DNA of 64,000 nt from Lama glama. Lineage: Eukaryota. Below are positions 13,151 through 25,454 of this stretch, piece after piece. The translations under genes were made by a program, and so were the position numbers. The notes beneath the pieces are model-generated. The model was not told the origin of the DNA. It made no database searches and saw only the letters and a program-made list of their open reading frames with translations. The first letter of the stretch is position 1; each line of letters opens with the position of its first letter. Location: positions 20,462,001-20,526,000 of the forward strand of contig CM052818.1 of NCBI GenBank assembly GCA_028534125.1, written 5' to 3'.

Positions 13151-14989
13151 CAGACATCTGTCCTCTTCGACACACTGCCTCCCCTTAGGAGATCCCCAAG
13201 TTTTACTATATCACACCGTCTAATGCCCAGGCATTCAGTCTATATTTCCCCTACTCATTTCTATTGTTCCCTTTATTGGATGCTTAACTTCCTCTCTCTT
13301 AAGATGTCTCTACCTGGCATTAGCCAGCTATTCATTGTTCAGCAAAGTAATCACTTGCCTTAATCTCCTTTTATCAAACAACCTGTTTCCTTAATCACTG
13401 AGTAAGACAAGTTCCAGGCCTTCCCTGAACGGTTCTAGTTCTGAATGCTCACAGGCTAAAATGAGAGCTCTAAAGAGACCTTCCAAAACCAGTATCATGA
13501 CAACCCTTACTGCCTTTAACCAACAGACATGTATTTATAGAACAACTGTTACAGATTGATCCTGGGTGATGACATACACGGGCTGCAGGGGAGGAGAGGG
13601 TGGTCACCTCGACAGCGTTTGCTGGAGGCTGAATGCCTGCTACGTCCAGGGACATCTCACGTGTTTCTCCTGTAAACTGAGATACATCTGCATCCATTTT
13701 ACAAATGAGCAGGCTTAAAGGGGTTGGAAGTCCTTCATCCGGAAGCAGGGAGGCAGAATTACGGCCCTAGAGCCCCAGCCCCTCCAGCGGTCTCCCACTG
13801 CTGCTTGGGGCAGGGCTAAGAGCCCTAGGGCATCCAAAGAACAAACCAGCACCTACTCAGAGAACCAGCCCAGCTGGGAAGCCTGGCTGGTCAAGAGAAA
13901 AACAACCTACAGTTCAAGTGAAGCTCTGCAGCAGGATCCACGTGTCCGGGTATGAATGGCCCCTGCACTGGGAGAAGGTGGCCCTTGGGGAAGCCCCGAG
14001 CAGGATGTGGGCCAGGCTGCAATGAGGGGGAGAGGCTGGTCCTGACCAGCAGCCTCCGCTGTAAGTCCCCAGCACACTGACCCTGTTGGACAGCGGTCAT
14101 TTTCATGGGGCATAACCTTCTACTGCCAACTCCCCACTAGTTCTCTCAAGGCACAGGCCATTTCTCTTTTGCTTCCACCAACCTGTCCAGCTGAACACTC
14201 TCTAGGTGCCTGACTCTTTCCAACTCTCCCTTCCACTCTTCCATACTTGAACGCTGCTGTGGACATGGACTTCAGGGTTCTGTGAGGTAGACAACAACCC
14301 AAATCAGGGGCCCCTTTCAACACTTCTCTGAACAGATGAACAAGGCTGATGGGATAATGGGCAGGAGGTCCCAGCTAACTTTCACAGTGACGCTCTGAAC
14401 CACGCGGGGATGCTGTCCTGGAGAAGATGTCAGTCAAGAGCAACCCCAGGGGGCACATCACTGACTGTTAGGCATTTCTGCTTGCTCTTTCTGCAAAGAG
14501 CATGAGGATACATATCAAAGAGCCATGAGGCACAAGCTGTGAGGACAATCCATTTGCCACCAGTGTGGGCCAGGAAATCCATACCCCGTCAGCAGCCAAC
14601 GTTGCTCCAGCACCTGCCACGCTTACCTTCTATTTATACAGACACACACTTGAGTCTCTGGAAAACCTTGCTGCTCGACTCTCAGCCACCTCCAGAGCAT
14701 CCTTTGAAACCAGGTGTGCACTCACACACCCGGGAGAGTGTAACCAAAGTGTTTCCATTTGGTTTATATCACAAACCGAGCAAACACCTCACTAACCACC
14801 CCATCTTCCCAAACTCACTTCCCACTCCATTTGCCTCGGTCTTCAAGTCCTCAGTCTGCCTGCTTTCAACTTACAATTTGAGCATTTCTACCTCTGTATT
14901 TCGCATTTAGCCTTCCCTATTCCTCACTTCCCCTGTCCTCTTCTCTCCTGTGAAAAAAGGAAGACTCAAATATCCAGGGAGCTCCCATA

Positions 14990-15620
14990 TGCCCAGCCCT
15001 GTGCTGGCACAGGAGAAATACACAGACCTACAGCATGCAGCACAGCTAGCTCACTGGTCTATACGAACAAGACATGAGAGCTGAAAGGGGCTCAAAGCAA
15101 GGCACACAAGTGCCACAGGAGTGAAGGAGAGCTGTCACCCCTCTCTGGGAAGGTCAGCTAAACAGTGGAAGAACTCTGGACAACAGAACTATCAATAAGC
15201 AAGGCATGGGGTGTGTTTGGGGACCTGCTTAGCCAGAAAGGAGGGTTTCTGGAATGACAGATAAGGCTGAAAATGGAGACCAGATGTCGACTTATGGAAG
15301 GCAGGGCCAAGGTAAAAAGTTAGCCTTTGTTTTCCAGGCAACAGGAGGGTATCAACAATTTTTTGAGCTGCCGTGCTGTTTTGGCGGAGATGAAAGTAGC
15401 TGCAGCAGTGCTGGGTAGGAAGGACCAGGGGAGGGAACGACTTGAAGCAGGAAACCTGTATAGGAGATGCTCTGGGGCACCTGGGCTCTCAGCAGTTGCC
15501 ATGGGAATGGAAAAACAGGAGACACAGATGCCAACAGCATTTTTAAGGAAAATGAAGACCCTGTGACTGTGCTGAGAACAATGAAGAGGAAATAGTCCAA
15601 GGTGACAGTAATGTTCGGAG
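14990..15620 (-). mobile_element. L2 LINE fragment
   Basis: Starts atgcccagccctgtgctgg, then purine-rich reverse-L2 body (caggagggtatcaacaattttttgagc, ggaacgacttgaagcaggaaacc). Confidence 0.6.
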
Positions 15621-16544
15621 TAAATCCTTATCTTCTGGGGTGCTTAGCATTTAAAACCCCTTTCTAGCTGGTTAGAACCTCTATTGCATGCTTCTGGCTA
15701 GAAGGCAGAGCCCCATGTCTTCTAGAGACGCTAAAGGAGCCAGACCACTCTCTTCATTCGCTTCCCCCTGGCAGCCACCCTTCTGGTGTGTGACCTACTT
15801 CACTAATCAAGACAGTTCTACCTGGGACTTTGAAACTTTGAGGGGTGACAAGGACATAGGGACAGTTTAGGATGCCATCCAAGAGGTGGCATCCAACAGT
15901 GATGATCAGCCTTGGGGGTGGTGATAGACCCACAGAGCTCTTGTAGTAGGACTCGGGCTGAGCTTCCTGTGGTCTGGCTGCCACGCTCCAGCTTGGCAAT
16001 TCCTTATTTAGTCACTCAATGGGCTCCCAACAAATTCCTGCAGTCAGAATCATGCTGATAACAATATCCAATCCAATCCATTGTACCCCTCTCAAAGCCT
16101 TCATCTCCAAACCCCCATACCACATAGCCTCTTGCTCTGAACCTCTCTAGCCTGTCTAAACAGAGACCCTTACTGAGCACCTAAGCTGTGCTCACTGTTA
16201 GCCTGTACTCGGAGGACCAACTGGACTGTATGGGTTATCAGAACAGAGCCCACACCTACTCCTGAGTGCAGGCACATCTGATGCCTCACTCCCCCCATCC
16301 TACAAAACCAGTGCAGTTCCCGCAGCTAACGTAGCATCTTGGGCTGGGGAGACACTGTATATGCCTGCACAGCCTTCTGAATTGCATTTATGTGTTCAGG
16401 GCATTCACATGAGAAAAGCCCTGCACATGAGTTACAAGTCCTTATTGCTGCAATGTTTAGAAAATTGTGTAAAAAGATTGAGACACGGAGTTGAGAAATA
16501 ATAGGAGTAGAAAAACATAAAAATATTTTTATGATTTTTTTGTT

Positions 16545-16690
16545 TCAGAATAACAGGGAAGAGGAAATAAGGCTGGCCAGACATGAGCACATAACTCTTA
16601 AGCTAGGAACAGGCACAGGGGGATTTATTATACTAGTCTCTCTACTTTTGATATCAAGATTTTCCATAATAAAGACTTTAAAATATTAAA
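16545..16690 (+). mobile_element. L1ME-like 3' end fragment
   Basis: ggatttattatactagtctctctacttttg...ttttccataataaag. Confidence 0.6.
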
Positions 16691-18099
16691 TAATAACTAT
16701 CAAAATTAAATGACTATCCTTGAGAGCCTAAGAACAAATGGAGAGAGGATTGAAATATCTCCAGTGACTGAGTGATAATTGCTTAGGACAGATAGTAAGC
16801 ACTAAACTCCATTCTTAAAGGAAAAGCTAGGATTTACTAACAACTCGAAACCTCGGCTTATTAAAGTGCTTACAGAGAAAAACAAAAGGCGCTTCAGTAA
16901 GGGAATCAGTAGATTTAAGTCCAAAGCACAGCAGGGGAAAGGGGTGGTGATACCTTTCACTGCACAGCACACGCAGTTCCTACCCCATTCTACTCTGGAC
17001 AGGAAGTGGAGGAGGAGTGGTGGGCCCCAGGAGATGCGTCTGTATACAAAGGACCCTGGTACCGAGCCACTAACTACAGGTTCACTCAATCAGAACACTC
17101 AGGGAGTCAAAAACACGCTCATGACTGTGTGGACATAACTTCCACCTTTCAGCAAACTAATTCAATCATCTAACTCCCATTTCCCAGTTCCTGGGAAGGC
17201 TCCACATAAATCCACTTAAGGTATGTCTGACTGACTTCCTAGTGTTGAGCAGCAGAGATGTACACTCAGATTTGAGTGCTTTTTCTAACAGGCAGTGTCT
17301 TGTTTCAATGCTTAAACTCAAATCTCAAAAAGATTTGCTTGAGAATGGTGCACACATGCCACAAACTTTTTGTTTAGATGGGTATGGGAGAAAATAAGAA
17401 TCAATGAAGTATGCACTATAAGATATAAATTCATCTCTGAAGGTGTCTTATCTTGCCGCCTTCTGTATCATCTGATTTTTGGAAGATGCTTACTGATTCT
17501 TGTTCCAATTCTCATCACTACTTCTGGGGCTTTACTGTCATGGCTGCAAATCCTCCTAAGCAGGGGTCTACCTCATGTCCTCATGCATTTCATGCACTGC
17601 TCTGCTGCAGCTGTTACTCACACAGGGGTCTCTCTGCACTCACACCTGCACTGTCCCCTGCTCCACTCAGAACACTCTTACCAGAGACTCTGAGTTCCCT
17701 ATCCTGCTGCCCTTATTTTCCTTGTACTAAATGTAGTTCCTTTTCTGCAACACTGTCTGCCTCTATAACAGATCAACACACATGAGGTATAGTCTGCAAC
17801 TGATTAACACTTTGTTATTTTAACTTCTACTAGTGATTGCAAGACTACATCCTTGGAGGCCCCTGTGGATAACTCTCAGGTCATCTGGATTCCTAAGAGA
17901 ACCCTCTCTGTCCATATAGGCTCATCTCACTGGGCAGGGTCTCCTCTTTTTTGATCCTCCTTGAAGGGCAGAGTGCCATGCGTACTGTAGGAAATCCTGT
18001 CATCTCAATGGTAAATGTTCCTAACTCAGGTCATTGGAAAGGCCCTCAGGAATAAACGAAACCTTTTCTCCAACATACTCCTTGGCTTCCTCTTTGAAA

Positions 18100-18260
18100 T
18101 AGCATTTCTCACGTATATTGGGACACGGTACTTCTGCATCTTTTAAAAGTGGGGCTTCCCTGTGGCCAAATAGGTCTGGGGAACGCTTGCATGCTGTATC
18201 CCCATCTGGAGAGTCACACGCACATTAGCAGAGTAAAGACTCCGCAACGAAGACAACTTT
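18100..18260. mobile_element. hAT-Charlie-like remnant
   Basis: ctgtggccaaataggtctgggga...ctggagagtcacacgcacattagcagagtaaag. Confidence 0.45.
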
Positions 18261-18569
18261 TAATCATATCCCCTAATAATATCCAGTGAGAGTCGAGTTC
18301 TCTAGAATTCCCCCTTGGGATGCTGCAACTAGAGCTTAAGAGTCTCAAAGAAGCTAAGCAGAAGCTAGAGGGAAAATCCACAGACTTTTTGCTATTTTTA
18401 ATTCTTTGCTATCTATTATTTGGGGTCATCAACACATAACCCCCAAAAGACTTTTGACCATTCTGTGCTCTAGCTGTACCCTCAGTACTGCACTCTTCAG
18501 CTGACTCTGGAAATCAAGGTCCTTTTCTACTAACCATTGGGCACAGAGGATTGGTTTTCAAGAATTTCT

Positions 18570-19136
18570 AATGTGTCTACCTGCCCTCAGGGGTTGGAGA
18601 GCTAAAACGAGATACCCGATTTCTTATAGCTAAAGCTCCAGGTGTGAATTAGGTTTGGCCAATCAGATACACTTTTGTGAAATATGGAAAGTGAACGTGA
18701 GGCAGAGACCATACTTCTGCAGTTGCTGTTACTTCACCAAACAAAGTCCAGGAGGCACCTGGTCCTTCTGTGACAGTTTTATCCAAAGTGCCAGCATCCA
18801 GGTACCAGTCTCACAGGCGTCAGGAGGCAGGACTAGAACCTTGGTTTGCAGGTCCGGATCATAGCAGTGTGGCATGGTTCTGATCATGGGAGCCTCTCAG
18901 TCATGGCCATCCCAGTGTGGTTGTGGAGAATCTGCTGGGTGATGGTGGAAGAGGCAGCAGCTTCCTTGGTGTTCCATTTCCCTAGTGTGGCTTTGAGACA
19001 CTCATTCCTGAAATTGCCACTAGAGAGTTGTGCATTCAGAACTGTCAATAAGCCTTCAGAGCATTTCATTCCCTACAGTGAATCCTGAAGTTTGCTAGAG
19101 TGGATTCTGCTTCTGCAACTGAATCTTGACCAATAC
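18570..19136 (+). mobile_element. ERVL solo LTR (LTR33-like)
   Basis: gtgaattaggtttggccaatcagatacac...gtgaggcagagaccat; ends gctagagtggattctgcttctgcaactgaatcttgaccaatac. Confidence 0.7.
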
Positions 19137-19429
19137 TCCAACTCAAGCAGTGTTCCAACAAGGATGATCTAACCTATCCATCTCACCTGGATGGCTGTGG
19201 CATTCCAAACTGAGTCACTGTCTATATTCCATCCAGGTGGGGAGCCTCTTGTATGGCAGACTGTAATGCTGGAAACCTACAAAGGTGGCTTTCTGCAGCC
19301 AAGCATGCATCTCAGGTCAGGTCACCATAGGTGTCCACCTTCTAAGCAGTAATGATGCCAAAACTCCTTCTGGAGCAGCAACTATACACAAAAACCATGT
19401 AAAACCCAGACAGAAGAGTTTTTAGGAAA

Positions 19430-19530
19430 GAGCTGGGTTTTAATTCTAATCCATGTCACTTAAACTCCCTGAGTTGCAGACCTCTGTCTGCCAAGTGGGG
19501 ACAGAGATACCATCTACCTCTTAGGAAGAT
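19430..19530 (+). mobile_element. MIR fragment
   Basis: ctgggttttaattcta...tctgccaagtggggacagagataccatctacctc. Confidence 0.5.
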
Positions 19531-21799
19531 AGGAGGCAAACCCGAAAGATCTTTGGGGGGAAAAAAGAGTATTCTATTAAAGGATAGCATTTACTATGAT
19601 ATTAATACTATCATTAGCATCCAGAACCAAGAAAAGAAGGCCCTTCTTTCCAAACACTTGCTAAATGTTTAATACTCATAACTTTTCAGCACACTGCATT
19701 TAGAAACAAAGTTTTATGAGCTTCGTAAAAAATCAGAGCCCTGAAAGTGTAATGCCTCCTTTAGCTTATAGCCAAGCACTGGAAAAGTTTCTAAACAACA
19801 ACAACAAACCCTTTCATTTCAACAGTATTGTCAAGACTCATTGCAGGGTTACTGTTTTCACGTCAGTTATCCTTTGTGCTGGCCTACAAAATGGCTGGAA
19901 GGTTTCCTGCACCCACAGAGTTCTGAGTTTCTGTTGTTGCTGTTCTTGTTTGTTTTTGTTTTTAGGTAAGCATCATTCCTGTTTCTTCAGCTTTTGACAC
20001 AACAGGAAATCAATATGGCAGGTCTGTTTCACTGTTAGCCTTAAATGCCATGTCCCCTGGAAGCAAATCCTCTTCGACACAATCTCAAAACACTGCTCTA
20101 AGCTAACAGACAGCCACAGGGCAGGGGTCCTCGGGAAGGAACAGTCTAAGTAGGCAGGAGAGCAAGCCAGACCAAAGGGAGGAGCTCAGACCTCTCAGTG
20201 TGTGGAGGGGTAATAGATTAGGAATTTGGACAAGTGATAAGAGGGAAATGAAAGTCACCAACAGCCAGAGCTCCCAGGGCTGAGAACAGCTCTGTGATCA
20301 ACTCACCATGCATTCCAGGGCCAAAAGCAGAAGGCGGCCAGCATGCGGGGCCCAGAGCTCATGGGTCAGGCAATGGAAAGGTTACACCTGTCAGAAGGAG
20401 CCGGGTCAGTGGCAAGAGGCCCAAGCAGGCCCGCTGATGAGAAGGAGGAGTGAGAGGCCACTGATTCAGGAGTCCTGAGGGAAGGATTCAGGCCCTGAAG
20501 AGGGCCAGGCCCAACGTTCCTTCCACACCTGATTCTCGAATTTATAGGACCAAAAAGCCCTCATTAGAACGAACCAAAACATAAACTCCACGGGATTCAT
20601 TTAAGGCTCCCTAGGTGCATTTAAAATATAAAATTTAGCTTTCTAAATTGTCTTTTACACATAACATTTTGGGAAAATATCAACAACAACAAAAAGCACC
20701 CCAAACCCACAAATCTGCAGAATTTTTTTTTAAACCAGAAAAAAACCCCATATTATACTGCAACATGAAATCACAGGAGTTGCTCTAGCCCCAAAATATT
20801 CACTTGAGGATGTCTGAAGTCTTTGCTTTAACTAGGGAACTAAACCCCATTTGTCATCAACAACAGGCAACTGCCCAAATAGCCAGCCAGGCCAAATGCA
20901 ATCAAAGGGATGTATGAATTCATGTAGATTAATTGCTTTTTAAAAATAAAGTTGGCTGGACTTCGTGTGTAGGAAGACATTTTAAAATACACATAGCCAC
21001 CCCCCAGCAACCCAATTAATGGCAACAGCTTCCTCTAAGGACAGTAAAGAGTGAGCTACAAATAAAAATGTCCCAGGCAGGAAGGTTCTGAGAGCAGGGC
21101 CTTCGGAAGAGAGCTTTGCTGTATTCTCTGGGATAGAAAAAATGGAAAGCTTTGTCAGGTCCCTTCCCTCCAGATGCACACTTCATTTTTTTGGAAGTCA
21201 CATGGTGTGATTAAATTTAACTGGGTGGAATAGTGGAAAACCACAGTATTAACAATATAATTCTCTTTGAGGAGAGATTCTGCCAAGTGCAAAAGAGATA
21301 ATTCTGAAGGCTTCGAGCCACTGGGCACTGTTTTTAACATTTGTTTTAAATCCAGGGGTACCAAGATGGAAGTACATCTCTGCTCACTATGCGTCTAATA
21401 ACCGAAATACGGGAAACTACCTGGATCTTTGACATTTGGACTACTTGTGAAAAAAAATTATGACCCATATAATAATCGATTCTGCACAGTGTATATGCTT
21501 ATATAAGTACACCTCTGTGTGTGTCCATATGTTCAGGCAATTACTGGAAGGTTACACAAGAAGTAAACAGAAGTCATCTCTGGGAAGCAGAAATGATGAG
21601 GGAGGGAGGTCTTTCACTGTATACTCTACACCCTTCTGTCCTTGAAGAATTTTTGCTTTTTTAATTAGAAAAACTAGCCACAAATACTTCACTTCCAGAG
21701 CCCAAAGGCCAGGAACTCTAAAAAGCACAGTGTCGGCCCTGCTTATCGCCAAAAAGCTATAAAGGTGGAAATACTTTGCAGCTATAAAGTTCCTTACAG

Positions 21800-22195
21800 T
21801 TTACAAGGCACATACAGCCTCCCTTTATTCCTGTAACACTGTCATAGACATCAAGTTAAGACACTCCCGTGATGGTGACTGCTCCCATTTTGCCTATACA
21901 GAACGGAGGTTCTGAAGGCTAAATGTGCAACCTGGGGCCACAGGAGATGTAGCTGGGGGGACCTGGACTTGATCCCAGGCCTCCTTCCTCACCACCGCCC
22001 TGTCTTCACACTGTAAACCCCTGCCAGGTCACTCCTGGGTCCTAGTTCACCCACCAATAAAATGGAGACACTAGCACAGGCAACTTTTCAACAACATTCT
22101 TTCAGTAAATAGTATTCTATTTTACCAAAGCAGAAACTGAACTCAGAGAGGTCAAGTAACCTGCCCAGTGACACACAGGACTTAAATCCAGAAAC
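21800..22195 (-). mobile_element. MIR fragments (at least two)
   Basis: cccattttgcctatacagaacggagg; attttaccaaagcagaaactgaactcagagaggtcaagtaacctgccc (reverse MIR core). Confidence 0.6.
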
Positions 22196-24404
22196 TCTCT
22201 CCTTTCACTTCCTGGCTGCTGTTCCAGGTCACCCTCTCCACCTAAAACAATGCTGCTTTTGGGCCCCAATGTTCACAACAGCCTTTGTGACAATTTGCAA
22301 AAATAGGTGTACTAGAAACCATGGGGCAGGAATAAGGGCCGACGGCCAGTCCCCAGAGCCACTCACTCTCAAGGCATTTGCCAAAGCATGGCTCCCATGC
22401 CCCAGAAGGCTTGGAGCAGCCTCTCAGATTCCAAGCTGCTCTGCAGAAAAGATTAAACACACATACAGAAACACACACACAAACTCTCTGATCTGCAGAA
22501 CACTGACAATTAGGGAAGCAACTTCCAAGCAAAGATTCCCAGGCCCTTTCCCCAAAGCTTGATCCTGGGCACCTCTGGGCTGGGGAGAAGGGACAGTCTC
22601 CTGCCCACCCTCAGTCTGTGCTGTGACCCCACCCCCATTCCCACATTGGTTGTACAGAAAAGCACTCGCCCAGTCCAGCCTGCCCTTCCTTCCAGCGTGA
22701 CAGGGAAAGAGAGCAACTCCTTCCTTAGAAGCTGACTGACGCCATCCGTGCAGGGGTGGTGGAGGGCTCACTTTCAGCACTTGAACGAGAATAACCATAA
22801 ATGTATGAAAAATACAGTATAAATTTAACACCTCCTACCCTAAAAAAGCAACACCCCACATGGCTGAGTAGGGAGGAGGAGTCAGTCTGAATGGCAAAGG
22901 CAGAGAAAGGTCTGCTCACCCAGGAACCTTCCATGCCAGCATGGCTCCCGCGGGGCCTTAGGCTCTGGCCACGGGTTGGAGGGACGGGCCTCAGGCGCTC
23001 ACCCACATCACGTAGGAGGCCAGCCAAGAGTCATCCCTGCAGGGCCATCAGAGTCCTCTCTGGAATGCTCTGCAGCGCTCAATCAATGCAAACTCAATGA
23101 CCAGTTAATCTCTACAAAATCAAAATCCATACTTGGCTCTCTTCACAGCAATCTGTTGGGGTAGCCCCCACCTGGCAGGGCTGAAAGGCAGTGGACACAC
23201 TTGATGGACACACACGACGAATGGCTGAACCTGAATATGTGAGGACTTTTGTTTTTAACCCCACTAAGATTTAAGGACCAGAAAGCCCAATACTTCAGCA
23301 GGGACTGGTCATCACCACGCACTGCCGTAGAGTGTGGTTTCAGACCAGCTTTGCCAGATGAACAAGGCAAACCTTTACAACTTTCGAGCAGTGACTGGCT
23401 CTATTAATGACTTCCAAGTCCTTCTGGATGGAGCCTGCCAGCATCCACACAGGGTCATGCCAGCGGCACTGACAGACGCCAGAGCTGCCCTGGAATCAGC
23501 AGACTCCGAGGGGTCACGTGAAGATTTCAAAAGAAAAGCTGAGTGCAGACCTAAACGGGCAGGCTCTTTTTATTCACTTTTCTTCTTCATCCTGCCCCTC
23601 CACTAGTGGACAGGTCCCCAGGGTTAGGGAGTTATTGAGAATTCAGCCAATTTTCTGAGTAATTCAGTAAAGAAAAATGCCCACCAAATATTAAGGAAAG
23701 AGCATCTGAGAGGAGGCCAGTCAACACCTTCTTATTCTGCAATGATAACTTTTCAAACACCCTTTTGCCCAGAGTCGCTGAAGGCAAGTCCAGTCCTTAA
23801 GACCTCTTTGTATTTAATCCCAGCGGCTGTGCCAACACCACAGGATAACTGACCACTGAAGCATCCTCCAAGAGGTCACAGCCTCAGACACTGTGAATAA
23901 AATCATCAGGCAAGGGTGTCGCATTAACCCATCGGTGCCCCTTCACAGGTTCTCCAAGGAGGTGCACCAACAGGACAGCCTCTCCCCAAAATCCAGACCT
24001 TGTTCTCCATATACTATTAATTATGTCACCAAGAAATAGGAAGGACACAGGTGAGATGAGTCACTGAAGAGGAGAAACAGCTATCATAAAGCAATTTCAT
24101 CTCTAAACTGTGAAAAAAAAAAAAAGGTCCTTATGTTTGTTTTCTTTTTTTTGTCTTTCCCCAGAAACACCTTTCCCCTTGGCCAGTCAGACTGGCTAAC
24201 ACAGGAGCTTTCTCGAAGTAATTCATAAACCCACTGTAAGGCAGGGAACGGTCTCAACGGAGGCTCATAGCTCCCTACACCCAGAGGTCTGCAAGCTACC
24301 ACGAGCTTCTGGTCGCTAGTCAGTCAAGCTGCACAGCTGCACGTAGCCCTGCGTAGCCTGGAAAAGCCACTTATCACTCAATCTTGCTCCTTGCAACAGC
24401 AGAG

Positions 24405-24650
24405 CATAAGATTAAGAATACAGACATCAGAACTAAGTCTGTGTTGAAATCTTGGCTCTGCCTCTTACTGTGTGACCTAGTTACTCCACCACACTGGGCC
24501 TCAGTGTCCTCATCTGTATAAATGGGGATGAGAATAGCACCTACCACACAGTGCTGTTGAGATAATTAGAGGAATCACTATACATTACATGGTTAAAATA
24601 ATTATAGGGATGCAGTAAGTGCTATAAATGAATTGGCTTTTATTATTAAT
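24405..24650 (+). mobile_element. MIR SINE, near full length
   Basis: ttgaaatcttggctctgcctcttactgtgtgacc...gcctcagtgtcctcatctgtataaatggggatgagaatagcacctacc. Confidence 0.85.
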
Positions 24651-25229
24651 TATAATTACTGTACAATTTATTGAGGACCTACTAAACACTGAGTACAATG
24701 ACTTTTAAATTGCAATAGTAACTACATTCATAAGTTTCTGATTTGGGTACTTAACAATTATCTGTGATATATATTATCAAAAAATAGTAAGGAGGCCTGG
24801 AAATTCTGTCAATTTAAAACATGCACATCTAGATCTTTTTCAAGGTGCACACCTAGATTACAACACTGGCCTCATCCTTTGTTTCTCAGTATGTACAGGA
24901 CAAAGTTAAAACATAGTCTATTCTATATATGGATCGCTTTAATTCCAACATTCACTTCTTCTGACAGATAACAGCAGAGGGCAAGGGAAGGTGGGTGCAT
25001 TAAGATGCCAGCTGCAGTCCCTGCAGACAAATGCACCCTGAAATGTTAAAGAAGCGGTTGTGAGCCCTTAATATCTAGTTCTTACTTCTTGATCCATGAA
25101 AATGGGACAATTTGTGCTTCTTTGCAGAACTGCATTCAAACCACCTTAGTCCTCTGCATTGAGCTCCTGCAACAAATCCTTTGCTGCATTTATTTTTCTA
25201 GGGACCGGGTATTGATTGTGTCCCTCCTG

Positions 25230-25452
25230 TGAAGTAGGCACTGTGCTAGGTCACTGGTCCACATGTACTCCCTAACCTCACACAGACATCTAGGCAATAA
25301 ACAGTCTTTAATCATAAAAATAACGTTACAAATTGAAATCAGTGTCATAAGGGAAAAAAACAGGGTTATGAAAATGTATAACTAAGCGTCCTAATTAAGA
25401 CTGGGCTCAGCCAAGTCTCGACTGAAGAAGTGGCATTCAAAGCGAGACCTCT
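25230..25452 (-). mobile_element. L2 3' part (continues at 27772)
   Basis: taggcactgtgctagg...ctgaagaagtggcattcaaagcgagacct. Confidence 0.65.
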
Positions 25453-25454
25453 AG

